Shown piece by piece: positions 7,696 through 16,046 of a stretch of 32,000 bases of DNA; position 1 is the first letter of the stretch; each line of letters starts with the position of its first letter. Location: contig NC_016070.1 of the NCBI RefSeq assembly GCF_000253055.1, positions 1,620,001-1,652,000 on the forward strand, read 5' to 3'. Source of the DNA: Thermoproteus tenax Kra 1. Its GTDB lineage: Archaea; Thermoproteota; Thermoprotei; Thermoproteales; Thermoproteaceae. The translations under genes and the position numbers were made by a program. A model generated the notes under the pieces. That model saw only the letters and a list, made by a program, of their open reading frames with translations. It ran no database searches and was not told where the DNA came from.

Positions 7696-7893
7696 TTACT
7701 GTTTTACTTTAAATCTGTGGTCTGCCGTCTCCTCCACTTTGCCCTCCTTCTTCAACCTAGTGAGCTGCGCTTTGACTATGGCGACGCGGTCCACTCCTAT
7801 GGCCTTGGCTATCTCCTCGGGAGTATACTCCTTTCCGGCGTTCTGGCTCAAGAATTGATATATTTTTTCTTTAACTCCCTCAGGCATATTCAT
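7696..7893 (-). CDS. Small winged-helix DNA-binding protein (65 aa)
   Basis: KIYQFLSQNAGKEYTPEEIAKAIGVDRVAIVKAQLTRLKKEGKVEE looks like a helix-turn-helix plus wing. The gene is divergent from ribH. Confidence 0.5.
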   Translation of the reverse strand: MNMPEGVKEKIYQFLSQNAGKEYTPEEIAKAIGVDRVAIVKAQLTRLKKEGKVEETADHRFKVKQ

Positions 7894-8024
7894 ACCATAC
7901 CACTTATTTTAATATTTTTCCGCAGAGGTCTTTATACCTCTCGGCGGAATTGTTGTATTCTTGCTAGTCTAGGGTAGAGCCCGTCGCCGGTACAACGTTA
8001 AATAGGCGTTGAATCTAGAGACTT

Positions 8025-8477
8025 ATGGTCAAGCTCGCGATAGTGGTCGCCGAGTTTAACTACGATATAACCCAACTGATGCTCCAGAAGGCCATCGACC
8101 ACGCGAGGTTCCTCGGCGCCGAGGTCACCTACGTTGTGAAGGCGCCCGGCGTATACGATGTGCCGACACTCTTGGCAGAGGTTGTAAAGAAGAAAGACGT
8201 CGAGGCCGTGGCCGTCTTAGGCGCTGTGATCCAAGGCGCGACTAAACACGACGAAGTTGTGGCGAGCCAGGCCGCGCGTAAAATTTTGGATATATCGGTC
8301 GAGAGCGGCAAGCCGGTGGCCCTAGGAGTAATCGGGCCCGGCGCCAACAGGATCCAGGCGCTGGAGAGGGTCGAGGAGTACGCCAGAAGGGCGGTGGAGG
8401 CTGCCGTGAAGATGGCTAGACGCAAAAAGGCTCTTCAAGAGAGCGAATATAGCGGCACAACTGTCTTCATAGATTAG
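8025..8477 (+). CDS. ribH: 6,7-dimethyl-8-ribityllumazine synthase
   Basis: [22 protein letters not shown]...VPGVYDVP...[14 protein letters not shown]...GVIGPG...RAVEAAVKM matches archaeal RibH as recalled from the M. jannaschii enzyme. Confidence 0.85.
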   Translation: MVKLAIVVAEFNYDITQLMLQKAIDHARFLGAEVTYVVKAPGVYDVPTLLAEVVKKKDVEAVAVLGAVIQGATKHDEVVASQAARKILDISVESGKPVALGVIGPGANRIQALERVEEYARRAVEAAVKMARRKKALQESEYSGTTVFID

Positions 8478-9022
8478 GGGGACGGCTCGAGTATATTTAA
8501 GACCTCCCAGACGGCCTTCATTACGGCTATCTCCGACTTGAGCTTGGCATAAGCATCTTGGTCTATCGCGCCGGCCGCATAGGCGTCCTCCACCCTCTTT
8601 TCCAACGCCACGAGGTCCACTTTAGAGAGCTTCTCCCTAGTTAGAGAGCGCGCCCACACGTACTTTATCCTGGCGTCTATCTGTGCAATTCTGTCGCCCA
8701 GGGCCTTGGCCCTCTCCTCGAGCTCTGCCATTTTAGATCTGGCGTCCTCCACCAGCTTTCTGTAGTCCTCCTCAGATATCAAGCCCAGCTCCCTCTTAGC
8801 CGTCAACACCTCCACCTCGCGCGCCAGCTCGGCCACGACCGCTTGTATCTGCTCTAGCCTTATTTTAGCTTTAGCTATATCGCTGTCCCAAGATCCCTTC
8901 AGCGCTTGAGACGAGTCCACGAAGGCCCTCCACGTGTCCTCTATCCCCTTGAGCTTCTCCTCATATTGGGCTAGAAGTTTGTCCAATTCGCCTATGGCCA
9001 CATAGGCTATGTCGACGCTCAT
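8474..9022 (-). CDS. Coiled-coil protein (182 aa), paralog of the C-terminal part of the upstream gene
   Basis: Heptad-rich, E/K/A/L-rich sequence. By eye it aligns with 9019..9744: [11 protein letters not shown] with [38 protein letters not shown] with LKRDLMPEEQYAKTRQEIEEKLGAL, and [17 protein letters not shown] with EGKISREAYERLKKELE. Its start overlaps the upstream stop as ATGA. Confidence 0.6.
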   Translation of the reverse strand: MSVDIAYVAIGELDKLLAQYEEKLKGIEDTWRAFVDSSQALKGSWDSDIAKAKIRLEQIQAVVAELAREVEVLTAKRELGLISEEDYRKLVEDARSKMAELEERAKALGDRIAQIDARIKYVWARSLTREKLSKVDLVALEKRVEDAYAAGAIDQDAYAKLKSEIAVMKAVWEVLNILEPSP

Positions 9023-9744
9023 GGCACTACCCCCTCGAGCTCCTTTTTAAGCCTCTCGTAGGCCTCTCTGGAGATCTTGCCCTCCTTTAACATCTCGTCG
9101 AGTCTGCTCAGAGATACCCTCAAGTTGATCACCTCCGCGTTTGTGGATGTGGCCAGGACCCGTTTGAAGTGCTGGTTTATTATCTCCTCTATCGAGCTGT
9201 ACCGTCTCTCTACGTCCTCAAGGACCGCCTTTAGGGCGCCCAACTTCTCCTCGATCTCTTGCCGAGTCTTGGCGTACTGCTCCTCTGGCATAAGGTCCCT
9301 CTTGAGCTCAAGCTCCCTCAACGCCTTTTCATAGTTGGAGATAGATGAGGCAAGTAGATCTATAGACCGCTTCAATATCATCTTCTCTGCCTCCCACTGC
9401 CTCCTGAAGTTCAACACAGAGGACTCGTAGCTCTGCCAAGATTCGTCGAGCTTTTTGACGACTTCGTCGTATTTCATAAACAAATTGTCCACTACGGGCT
9501 TGATGGCCTTGTCGAAGTCCGTCTCCACTCTCTCGACGGACGATAGTTGAACCACTTGGACCGCTTGTTGGGCTTGTTGCTGTTGTTGTACGGTCTGCGT
9601 CGTCTGTTGCGACTTGAACCGTATATAGACGGGGCACTCTGCGTAGTTGCCTATACAATACCAGTCGAAGGGGTTCACCGGCTTGCCGCTGTAATTACAG
9701 ATGAAACCTCCCTCGACGCGGCGCAGAGCAGGGCAGACGCTCAT
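9019..9744 (-). CDS. Cys-rich (putative Zn-binding) N-terminal module + Gln-rich linker + coiled-coil protein (241 aa)
   Basis: The N-terminus is MSVCPALRRVEGGFICNYSGKPVNPFDWYCIGNYAECPVY (4 Cys). It is followed by SQQTTQTVQQQQQAQQAVQVVQ and then about 170 aa of heptad-rich helix. Confidence 0.6.
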   Translation of the reverse strand: MSVCPALRRVEGGFICNYSGKPVNPFDWYCIGNYAECPVYIRFKSQQTTQTVQQQQQAQQAVQVVQLSSVERVETDFDKAIKPVVDNLFMKYDEVVKKLDESWQSYESSVLNFRRQWEAEKMILKRSIDLLASSISNYEKALRELELKRDLMPEEQYAKTRQEIEEKLGALKAVLEDVERRYSSIEEIINQHFKRVLATSTNAEVINLRVSLSRLDEMLKEGKISREAYERLKKELEGVVP

Positions 9745-9779
9745 ATCGCCTACTCTGTACAGTTATATATTTATTACGC

Positions 9780-10454
9780 TCAGTGCCCGAGCTTGTTGAG
9801 ATAGCTCTGCGACACTACTTTGAGGTCGTCGAGCGTGCCTACGTCGTAAAACACTGCGTTGGGGAGAAAGACTGCAACGTTGGGCAGAAGAGAGACCGCA
9901 AAGTCGTTGAAGTCTAGGTATCTCTCCTCCAACCTCCGCACCTCGGCCCCTTCGACGACGTAGATGCCCGTGGACACTATGTTTACAAGCTTGGGCTTCT
10001 CTTTCCACTCTTTCAGTTTATTGTCCTCCACCTCAAGTACTCCGAAACGCACAGTGGTTTCCACTATCTGCCCCACTATAGTTAACTTGTAGGAGGAGCT
10101 CTTGTGGAACTCTAACACTTGGCCGACGTTTAAGTTGGTGATCACATCGCTGGGCGCCACCAGCACAGGCTCATCGCCGAGGTACTCCTTTGCATAATAC
10201 AACTGGCCCGCCGTGCCGAGGAGCTTTCTCGAGGGAATAAAGACTACGTCGGGGTGATGCTCCCTTAGGTATTCGCGCAACAGCTCCTGCAGATAGAAGC
10301 CGACTACATAGATCTCGGCGCCCTGAGCCCTCAGCCACCTTATTGCGTGGTCTATGATTGTGGCCTCGCCGACTAGCACCAACGGTTTTGGAACAAAAAA
10401 GGTCAGCGGCCTGAGCCTTGTGCCTAGGCCTGCGGCTAATAAAAAGGCCTTCAA
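9780..10454 (-). CDS. Sugar-phosphate nucleotidyltransferase (NTP_transferase family)
   Basis: MKAFLLAAGLGTRLRPLTFFVPKPLV is the G-x-G-T-R-L signature. The apparent TTG start overlaps the stop of the upstream Cys-rich gene as TTGA. Confidence 0.8.
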   Translation of the reverse strand: MKAFLLAAGLGTRLRPLTFFVPKPLVLVGEATIIDHAIRWLRAQGAEIYVVGFYLQELLREYLREHHPDVVFIPSRKLLGTAGQLYYAKEYLGDEPVLVAPSDVITNLNVGQVLEFHKSSSYKLTIVGQIVETTVRFGVLEVEDNKLKEWKEKPKLVNIVSTGIYVVEGAEVRRLEERYLDFNDFAVSLLPNVAVFLPNAVFYDVGTLDDLKVVSQSYLNKLGH

Positions 10455-10792
10455 AGGTAGTCCTTAAGGCCGTACTTCTTCAGATGGTGCTCTATTTTTT
10501 TAACCTCTTTCTCCATCTTCTTGGCCTCAACCACTATGTCCGTCCTCTTCTCCTCCTCCAGCCCCTTCGCCTTTATTGTACAGAAGCCGTCGGGCGTCAA
10601 GGCCCGCGCCTCACAGTAGGCGTATTGACACTTCGCACCTATACATTCGTCGTTCAGCCAAGTGCACCAGAACACTATCTTGTTGCCTCTAATCGTCGGC
10701 TTTAACGCCTTTTTACCGCATCTGAACAGAGAGGAGCCGTTGGGGCCGAAGACGCAACGGGGTCCCAGACAAGGCTCTCTTCCTTGCGACAC
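10451..10792 (-). CDS. Small Cys-rich protein (113 aa, 9 Cys) with a K/E-rich helical tail
   Basis: CLGPRCVFGPNGSSLFRCGKKALKP...FWCTWLNDECIGAKCQYAYCEARALTPDGFC followed by EEEKRTDIVVEAKKMEKEVKKIEHHLKKYG. It shares a Cys pattern with the N-terminus of 9019..9744. Confidence 0.55.
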   Translation of the reverse strand: MSQGREPCLGPRCVFGPNGSSLFRCGKKALKPTIRGNKIVFWCTWLNDECIGAKCQYAYCEARALTPDGFCTIKAKGLEEEKRTDIVVEAKKMEKEVKKIEHHLKKYGLKDYL

Positions 10793-10820
10793 AGTATAAT
10801 GCCTCTCTGCCCTATAAAAA

Positions 10821-11747
10821 TTATTCAGCCAATCTATATCCGAGGGACCTCAAGAACTCGAGGACCTCAGAGAGGCGCGGGGAGGATCTAGCGCCGGGCC
10901 TCGTCACTTTGATCGACGCAGCGGCGTTGGCGAATAGAAGCCTCTCGTATAGGGACAGGCCCATCAGCCTAGCCGCTATGTAGGCCGCGGCGAAGGTGTC
11001 GCCGGCCCCCGTTGTGTCCAAGGCTTGGAGCCTAAATGCGTCAACGTAGAGGAACTCGCCGCCGCTCAACGCCATGGCGCCTCTATCGCCCAAGGTCACC
11101 ACGATCTCTCTAGCGTCAATGTTTCTGGCGATGACGTCCAACGCAGCTCTGTGGTCCGATGAGCTCGACAAAAGCTTCGCCTCAGCCTGGTTCATGAAAA
11201 CTACGTCCACGCCTGAGAGGGCCTTTGCGGCCACCTCCAGCCCCTTGCGCGCAAGCGACGTCCCCCCATCCACCGAGATGGATTTGCCGTCCCTCTTGGC
11301 GACCTCCTTGGCCTTCAATATGAGCTCAACGCGGCCGCTGGCTACGTGGACGTGGTCGACGCCTCCGAGCGACGCCTCATTTATATCGTCGGGAGAGAGG
11401 CCCATGTTGGCGCCTCTATACGCTATCATCCTCTTTCCTCCATCGGGCTGCACGATCACAACAACGACGCCCGACCTAAGTCCGCCTATCTTTTTGACGT
11501 AACGCACCTCGACGCCCTCGCTCTCCAACTCCTTCAGTATTATCTCGCCTATCACGTCGTCGCCCACAGCTCCAATGAATCGGGCCCTATGGCCCAGCCG
11601 CGCTATCGCCACAGAGAAGTTCGCCGCAGAGCCGCCGCCTCCCGTGTATAGATCCAGCGCATCGACCGACTGATCGAGGCCGGGCAACTCGTGGGTCTTG
11701 ATGTATATGTCGTAGTTCAAGTTCCCTATTGAGGCCACTAAGGCCAC
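10821..11747 (-). CDS. PfkB-family carbohydrate kinase (ribokinase-like)
   Basis: (M)ALVASIGNLNYDIY...GGGGSAANFSVAIARLG...DTTGAGDTFAAAYIAARL are the PfkB signatures. I trimmed the tracked ORF (to 12137) back to the GTG at 11745-11747, because the upstream extension is Ser-rich low complexity antisense to a better ORF. A GTG at 11736-11738 is an alternative. Confidence 0.8.
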   Translation of the reverse strand: MALVASIGNLNYDIYIKTHELPGLDQSVDALDLYTGGGGSAANFSVAIARLGHRARFIGAVGDDVIGEIILKELESEGVEVRYVKKIGGLRSGVVVVIVQPDGGKRMIAYRGANMGLSPDDINEASLGGVDHVHVASGRVELILKAKEVAKRDGKSISVDGGTSLARKGLEVAAKALSGVDVVFMNQAEAKLLSSSSDHRAALDVIARNIDAREIVVTLGDRGAMALSGGEFLYVDAFRLQALDTTGAGDTFAAAYIAARLMGLSLYERLLFANAAASIKVTRPGARSSPRLSEVLEFLRSLGYRLAE

Positions 11748-11748
11748 A

Positions 11749-12282
11749 ATGGATTTAATCGAGGTTAAAATAACTATTGTGGTGGAGGAATTGCTCGAGC
11801 TCAGAAAGATCCTCGAAGAGAAGATTGCGCAGTTGGAGAACGAGGTGCGTCTGTATAAGCGATTGCTCTCCTTGATCGACGAGGCGATAGGGCAGAGGTC
11901 TTTCACGACGGCGGCGCAAGAGAAGGAGAAGAGGGAGGTCGCTAAGAAGCCGTTGGAGGTCCAAGTGTTGAAGTCGAAGGAGGGTGAGGAGCTGGGGATT
12001 GCGGAGATATATGAGGACGAGCTGGTTCTGAAGCCTAAGGTGTCGGTAAAGCTAGAGGGCCTCATAAAGAGGTTCTTCGTGGAGAAGATTCTGGATAGAT
12101 ATAGGGAGGAAGACGAGGGCGCAGTGAGGGAGGGCAAAAAGAGGGCCTCCCTAGACTACGAGATAAAGGAGGAGGGAGGCAACATAAGCGCCATAGTGGT
12201 CAGAAACTACGGCGATGAGAACAGGAGGAGGGACATAGTACGCGCCTTCCGCTGGACTCTGGAGAGGTCCCTTAAGTCGTAG
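11749..12282 (+). CDS. Hypothetical protein (177 aa) with an N-terminal coiled coil
   Basis: Protein-like composition ([34 protein letters not shown]...), and its antisense frame is low complexity. The 3' end overlaps the DNA ligase 3' end convergently by 11 nt. Confidence 0.5.
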   Translation: MDLIEVKITIVVEELLELRKILEEKIAQLENEVRLYKRLLSLIDEAIGQRSFTTAAQEKEKREVAKKPLEVQVLKSKEGEELGIAEIYEDELVLKPKVSVKLEGLIKRFFVEKILDRYREEDEGAVREGKKRASLDYEIKEEGGNISAIVVRNYGDENRRRDIVRAFRWTLERSLKS

Positions 12283-14053
12283 CAGGCCCCTCCAGTTTAA
12301 CCTTTTTCTGGTTCCTGTATATCTCCAGAAGCTCGTCCACTGTGGTGGCCTCCTCAGGCCCCTTGTCCGACCTATAGCGGCCAGTAAATCTGGGAAATCT
12401 GATGGCAAGCCCTACGTCCGGCTTTATGGCCCCTTGACAGCACGTGTGCAACGGCGAGAGCGTGATCTCGGCCCCTATTATTTCAAGGACGATGCCAGGC
12501 GTGAACCAGACGTCGGGCTCCATACGCGACGAAACCCGAGGATGTCTGTGGTCTATTTTGTAGGGCTCCAACATCTGGTACATCTTTTTCAGATCTGCGT
12601 CAGTGAACCCGCTGCCCACTTTACACACAGTGTAGAACATGTCGGTCTTGGGATCGTAGGCCGCCATGAGGAAGGCTCCGTAGAGACCGGCCCTCTTCCC
12701 TCTGCCGTAGAAGGCGCCCACTACCACTAGATCTACTGTGTCGCTCATCTCGCTTCGGTAATCGCGCTTGTATTTTATCCAGTTCCAGCCCCGGGCCCCC
12801 ATCTCGTAGAGTGAGGTCGGAGATTTACAGACGAGGCCCTCCATGCCCATCGAGATTGCCTCGTGGAAAAACAGATCCACTTTCTCTTCATCGTCGAACA
12901 AAGCCCATTTGGCTATTACTACGTCCTCGCTCTCTCTGACTATCTCGGAGAGCTTGAGGCGTCGGTAGATGAGGGGTTTGTCGGTCAGATCCTCTCCGTC
13001 TAGGTAGATAACGTCGAACAGGTTAAGCTTCACCGGGTACTCCCTCATTGCCTCCTCCACCTCGTGCTTCCTCTTTCTGTGCATGAGCTCTTGGAAGGGC
13101 AGGATATCCCCAGTGTCGGGGTCCAGCGCGACGATCTCGCCCTCGATTATCGCCTCCTTGGCCGAGACAGAGCGCCTCACAGCCTCCACAACGTCGGGGT
13201 ACGCGTGTGTTATATTCTCCAGGCGGCGGCTGTAGATGGAGATGCCGTTTGGGCCAATGTGTATCTGCGCCCTCTCTCCATCGTATTTATATTCGCATAT
13301 TGCAGCGCCCCCCAGCTTGGTCAAGACCTCGTGCGACGTGCTCAGCCTCTGGGCTAACATGGGCATCACGGGCACGCCGGGCGTGACTCTCACTTGCGCG
13401 AGGCCGGCCTGTCCTCTCTCGAGGACTACCTTGGCCAGATAGCCGAGGTCCGGATGTATATTGTAGGCCTTCTCCAGTTGCCCCTCGTCTACGTTGAAGG
13501 CCTCGGCTAGGGCATCGATTATGGTCATATCTGCGACGCCCAAGCGCAGTTTGCCCACCACGAATCTGGCTATATACTTGGCCTCCTCCGGCGAGGCTTG
13601 AGAGAAGAGCGACGAGAGGAGGGAGACCTTTAGATCTATCGACCCCTCTCCGGTGGTCCTCGCTATCTTCAAAAACGTGTCGTAGACTTGTGAGATAGAG
13701 AGGGGGGCCCTCTTGGCGCCTGCGAACGCCAACAGCGTCTGCGCCTGCCTTTTGGAGAGCGCCTTTCTGGCGGCCTCGCCGACGTCCCCCGTCTTCTGAT
13801 ACAGCGACTCTAGCTCCTCGAGCTTGACGCCGGACGCCCTAGAGAGCGCCCTCAGACACAGCTTCTCGGCGATGCCCAACTCTACGCCCTCCCAGGGCGG
13901 CCTCACGTCCCCCAGTATAATGTATATGGCCTTGTCTATTTCGTCGGGGCCCAACTTCTTAAAGAGGTTCACAAGCAGCTTCACCATCATAGTCCTCTGA
14001 GTTGTGGACTCTATGCCCGCCAGAACTTTGGCCAACTCCGAGAACTCCATCAC
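12272..14053 (-). CDS. lig: ATP-dependent DNA ligase (Lig1 family)
   Basis: 593 aa with adenylation motif [14 protein letters not shown], plus LEGLVCK, DLVVVGA.YG.GKR and ...[13 protein letters not shown] motifs. The start is the GTG at 14053 or the ATG at 14050. Confidence 0.9.
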   Translation of the reverse strand: MMEFSELAKVLAGIESTTQRTMMVKLLVNLFKKLGPDEIDKAIYIILGDVRPPWEGVELGIAEKLCLRALSRASGVKLEELESLYQKTGDVGEAARKALSKRQAQTLLAFAGAKRAPLSISQVYDTFLKIARTTGEGSIDLKVSLLSSLFSQASPEEAKYIARFVVGKLRLGVADMTIIDALAEAFNVDEGQLEKAYNIHPDLGYLAKVVLERGQAGLAQVRVTPGVPVMPMLAQRLSTSHEVLTKLGGAAICEYKYDGERAQIHIGPNGISIYSRRLENITHAYPDVVEAVRRSVSAKEAIIEGEIVALDPDTGDILPFQELMHRKRKHEVEEAMREYPVKLNLFDVIYLDGEDLTDKPLIYRRLKLSEIVRESEDVVIAKWALFDDEEKVDLFFHEAISMGMEGLVCKSPTSLYEMGARGWNWIKYKRDYRSEMSDTVDLVVVGAFYGRGKRAGLYGAFLMAAYDPKTDMFYTVCKVGSGFTDADLKKMYQMLEPYKIDHRHPRVSSRMEPDVWFTPGIVLEIIGAEITLSPLHTCCQGAIKPDVGLAIRFPRFTGRYRSDKGPEEATTVDELLEIYRNQKKVKLEGPATT

Positions 14054-14571
14054 CTAGCCCTCTGCAGAAACAGCTCTAGGTAGGTGGACTCAACCCTCTC
14101 TCTGAGCCCCAGGCGCTCTGCAAGCTCCGCGATCTCATCCTCGATCGATTTAACGACGTCGGGAGACGAGGCCACAGCCTCTATTTCGACGAAGTCGCCC
14201 AATCCCTCAACGCGATCTAGGGAGATAGTGAACGAGCGATATGAATAGTATTCGCGGGTCTTCTTGATCGAGGCTACCTTGTTGAAGCCCAGAGCAGTTA
14301 GAATGGAGTCGACCTCGCCCTCGGCCGAGGCCGACAGCTCCAGCCTGGTCTTGGCTGAGGCAGCCAGGCGGGGCCCCTTGTACGTCACCTCGGCTGCTCC
14401 ATCGACGTATCTCACCCTGAGCGCCTCGTCTGTCTCGGCGAAATCTCTACATGGATGTTGGTAGTAGACGTCGATCTCGGTCTTTTTCTCTAGAAGGACT
14501 GCGCCGAGCTTTAAAAGGCGCCCCCTAACCTCGGATAGATCGGCGCGAAATTTGGCCTCAACCTCCAACAT
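14050..14571 (-). CDS. CYTH-domain protein (CyaB-like class IV adenylyl cyclase / triphosphate tunnel metalloenzyme)
   Basis: MLEVEAKFR carries the ExExK signature at the N-terminus. The protein is about 170 aa and also has FVEIEAV near the C-terminus. Its stop overlaps the ligase start. Confidence 0.8.
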   Translation of the reverse strand: MLEVEAKFRADLSEVRGRLLKLGAVLLEKKTEIDVYYQHPCRDFAETDEALRVRYVDGAAEVTYKGPRLAASAKTRLELSASAEGEVDSILTALGFNKVASIKKTREYYSYRSFTISLDRVEGLGDFVEIEAVASSPDVVKSIEDEIAELAERLGLRERVESTYLELFLQRAR

Positions 14572-15391
14572 TTCTACAAGGCGGTCTCGCCGGGTCAGCC
14601 ACTTGTAGAGAGAACAAATAGCATCTGGAAGTAGTCTCGCCGAAGTAGGCGCACTCTCTGCAGTCCGAGGGACGGCCCAGAACTATTCTGACAGAAACTC
14701 TGGCCGGGGCCCTGGGCACTTGAGGGATGGCCTCCGGCTGAGGCGGGGGCGGTAATGCTGGCTGCTGCGGCACGGGAAGAGGAGGCGGCGTCGGTGGAGG
14801 CGCCACGGGCGGAGGACGGGCCTCGGGCTGTGGCGGCGGAGGAGTGGGCGGGGGCGGCGGAGGGGCCTCAACGGGGCGCGGAGCCGGCTTTATAACCTCG
14901 GCGAGCGGCTTGACCTCGGAGGGCGGAGAGGGAGGAGGCGCCACGGGCGGAGGACGGGCCTCGGGCTGTGGCGGCGGAGGAGCAAGTCCTGTCTCTGGCG
15001 CTGGCTTGGGCGGCGCGGGCTGAGTGAGGGCGAGAGGGCCGAGCGATATGCCGAACTCCTCGCTGGCCCTTCTGTAGACGGCGTCAAGGGCTTTCGCGAC
15101 GTCGTCGTTGCCCTCCAAGACCTTCTGGCCGTCGATAACTACGGCGGGAAAGGATGTAACATTGTACCTTTTCAAGATGGTGACCAACGAGCGGAAGTGA
15201 GGGGGGATCCGCTCCACCGGCTGATCCAACATTTTAACCACTTGGTCCGCTGCATCCTGACGGATCTTGACCGTGGCAAGTCTAACTCTATCTCTTCTCT
15301 CTACCTTGGAGCGTATCTCCTCGATGGCCTTCTTGAGAGACTCCTCAAGCTCTTGGCTCTTCCCCGATATTACGAAAAGCTCTACGTACAC
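14558..15391 (-). CDS. Thioredoxin-fold-like N-domain + long polyproline linker + Cys-rich C-terminal module (277 aa)
   Basis: The N-domain ...KRYNVTSFPAVVIDGQKVLEG resembles small redox-inactive Trx-fold proteins and has no CxxC. The central roughly 110 aa are Pro-rich, with the duplicated unit PPPPQPEARPPPVAPPP. The C-terminus is DCRECAYFGETTSRCYLFSLQVADPARPPC. Confidence 0.6.
   Translation of the reverse strand: MYVELFVISGKSQELEESLKKAIEEIRSKVERRDRVRLATVKIRQDAADQVVKMLDQPVERIPPHFRSLVTILKRYNVTSFPAVVIDGQKVLEGNDDVAKALDAVYRRASEEFGISLGPLALTQPAPPKPAPETGLAPPPPQPEARPPPVAPPPSPPSEVKPLAEVIKPAPRPVEAPPPPPPTPPPPQPEARPPPVAPPPTPPPLPVPQQPALPPPPQPEAIPQVPRAPARVSVRIVLGRPSDCRECAYFGETTSRCYLFSLQVADPARPPCRNVGG
14796..14982 (-). 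repeat. Exact 49-bp direct repeat (14796..14844 and 14934..14982) inside the Pro-rich linker coding region
   Basis: ggaggcgccacgggcggaggacgggcctcgggctgtggcggcggaggag occurs twice, with the copies 138 bp apart (start to start). Confidence 0.9.
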
Positions 15392-15399
15392 AGTTTCAA

Positions 15400-16005
15400 C
15401 TATTTTACAGTATTTAAGCCTAGCGCTTGAGAGATTATGCGAGAGCGCCAGAGCTCGCGCTCGATGACTTGTCCCTCCGGCCGCAGCTCGTAGAATATCT
15501 GGGTGGAGAACACATAGACTTTCTCGGGCACTCCGACTTTGCTCGCCACATAGCGCTTCAACGCCTCGCCGAGAATCCTCAGCTCCAACATCGTCTGCGG
15601 CAGCACGACTAAGACGGGCGGCACGTAGACGCCCTCTATGCCCCAGCGAAGAGACGAGAGTGCGTCGAATGAGGTCTCTCTGAGGTCCCCTATCAGAGTG
15701 GCCTCAATGACCGACCTCCTGAGGTCCATCTCAGAGAAGCGGGGTATCGCCAACACCAATTTGCCCGCTATCTTGGCTGAGTCATGGGCGAGGTCTCTGA
15801 CGGGCTGGACGACCCCCAGGGAACCCCTCACCTCCCGGCGCTCTGTCCCGTTGGAGCGCACTAGAAACTCAACTGTCACAAAGACGCCAGCCTTGTATCT
15901 TGAGAGCGACTCGTCGGAGAGCTTGAGGGGGAGGCCTCTGATCTTTCGGTACATAGACGTGCGGATGTGCGAGATGAGTTTGGAGCCTTCCTCTAGAGAA
16001 AGCAT
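15400..16005 (-). CDS. AMMECR1-domain protein
   Basis: [10 protein letters not shown]...KAGVFVTV...RGSLGVV...[10 protein letters not shown]...GIEGVYV...VVLPQ follows the AMMECR1 layout. The usually conserved RGCIG reads RGSLG here. Confidence 0.7.
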   Translation of the reverse strand: MLSLEEGSKLISHIRTSMYRKIRGLPLKLSDESLSRYKAGVFVTVEFLVRSNGTERREVRGSLGVVQPVRDLAHDSAKIAGKLVLAIPRFSEMDLRRSVIEATLIGDLRETSFDALSSLRWGIEGVYVPPVLVVLPQTMLELRILGEALKRYVASKVGVPEKVYVFSTQIFYELRPEGQVIERELWRSRIISQALGLNTVK

Positions 16006-16021
16006 GAAAAGAAAAAGGAAG

Positions 16022-16033
16022 TTTATTTAAAAA
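16022..16033 (-). promoter_or_regulatory. TATA box (TTTTTAAATAAA on the minus strand) for the AMMECR1-led operon, preceded by T-tracts after the giant gene stop
   Basis: The box is centred about 25 nt upstream of the ATG at 16005. The stop of the giant gene at 16047 is followed by CTCCTTTTT. Confidence 0.45.
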
Positions 16034-16046
16034 GGAGCGTGCGGAT

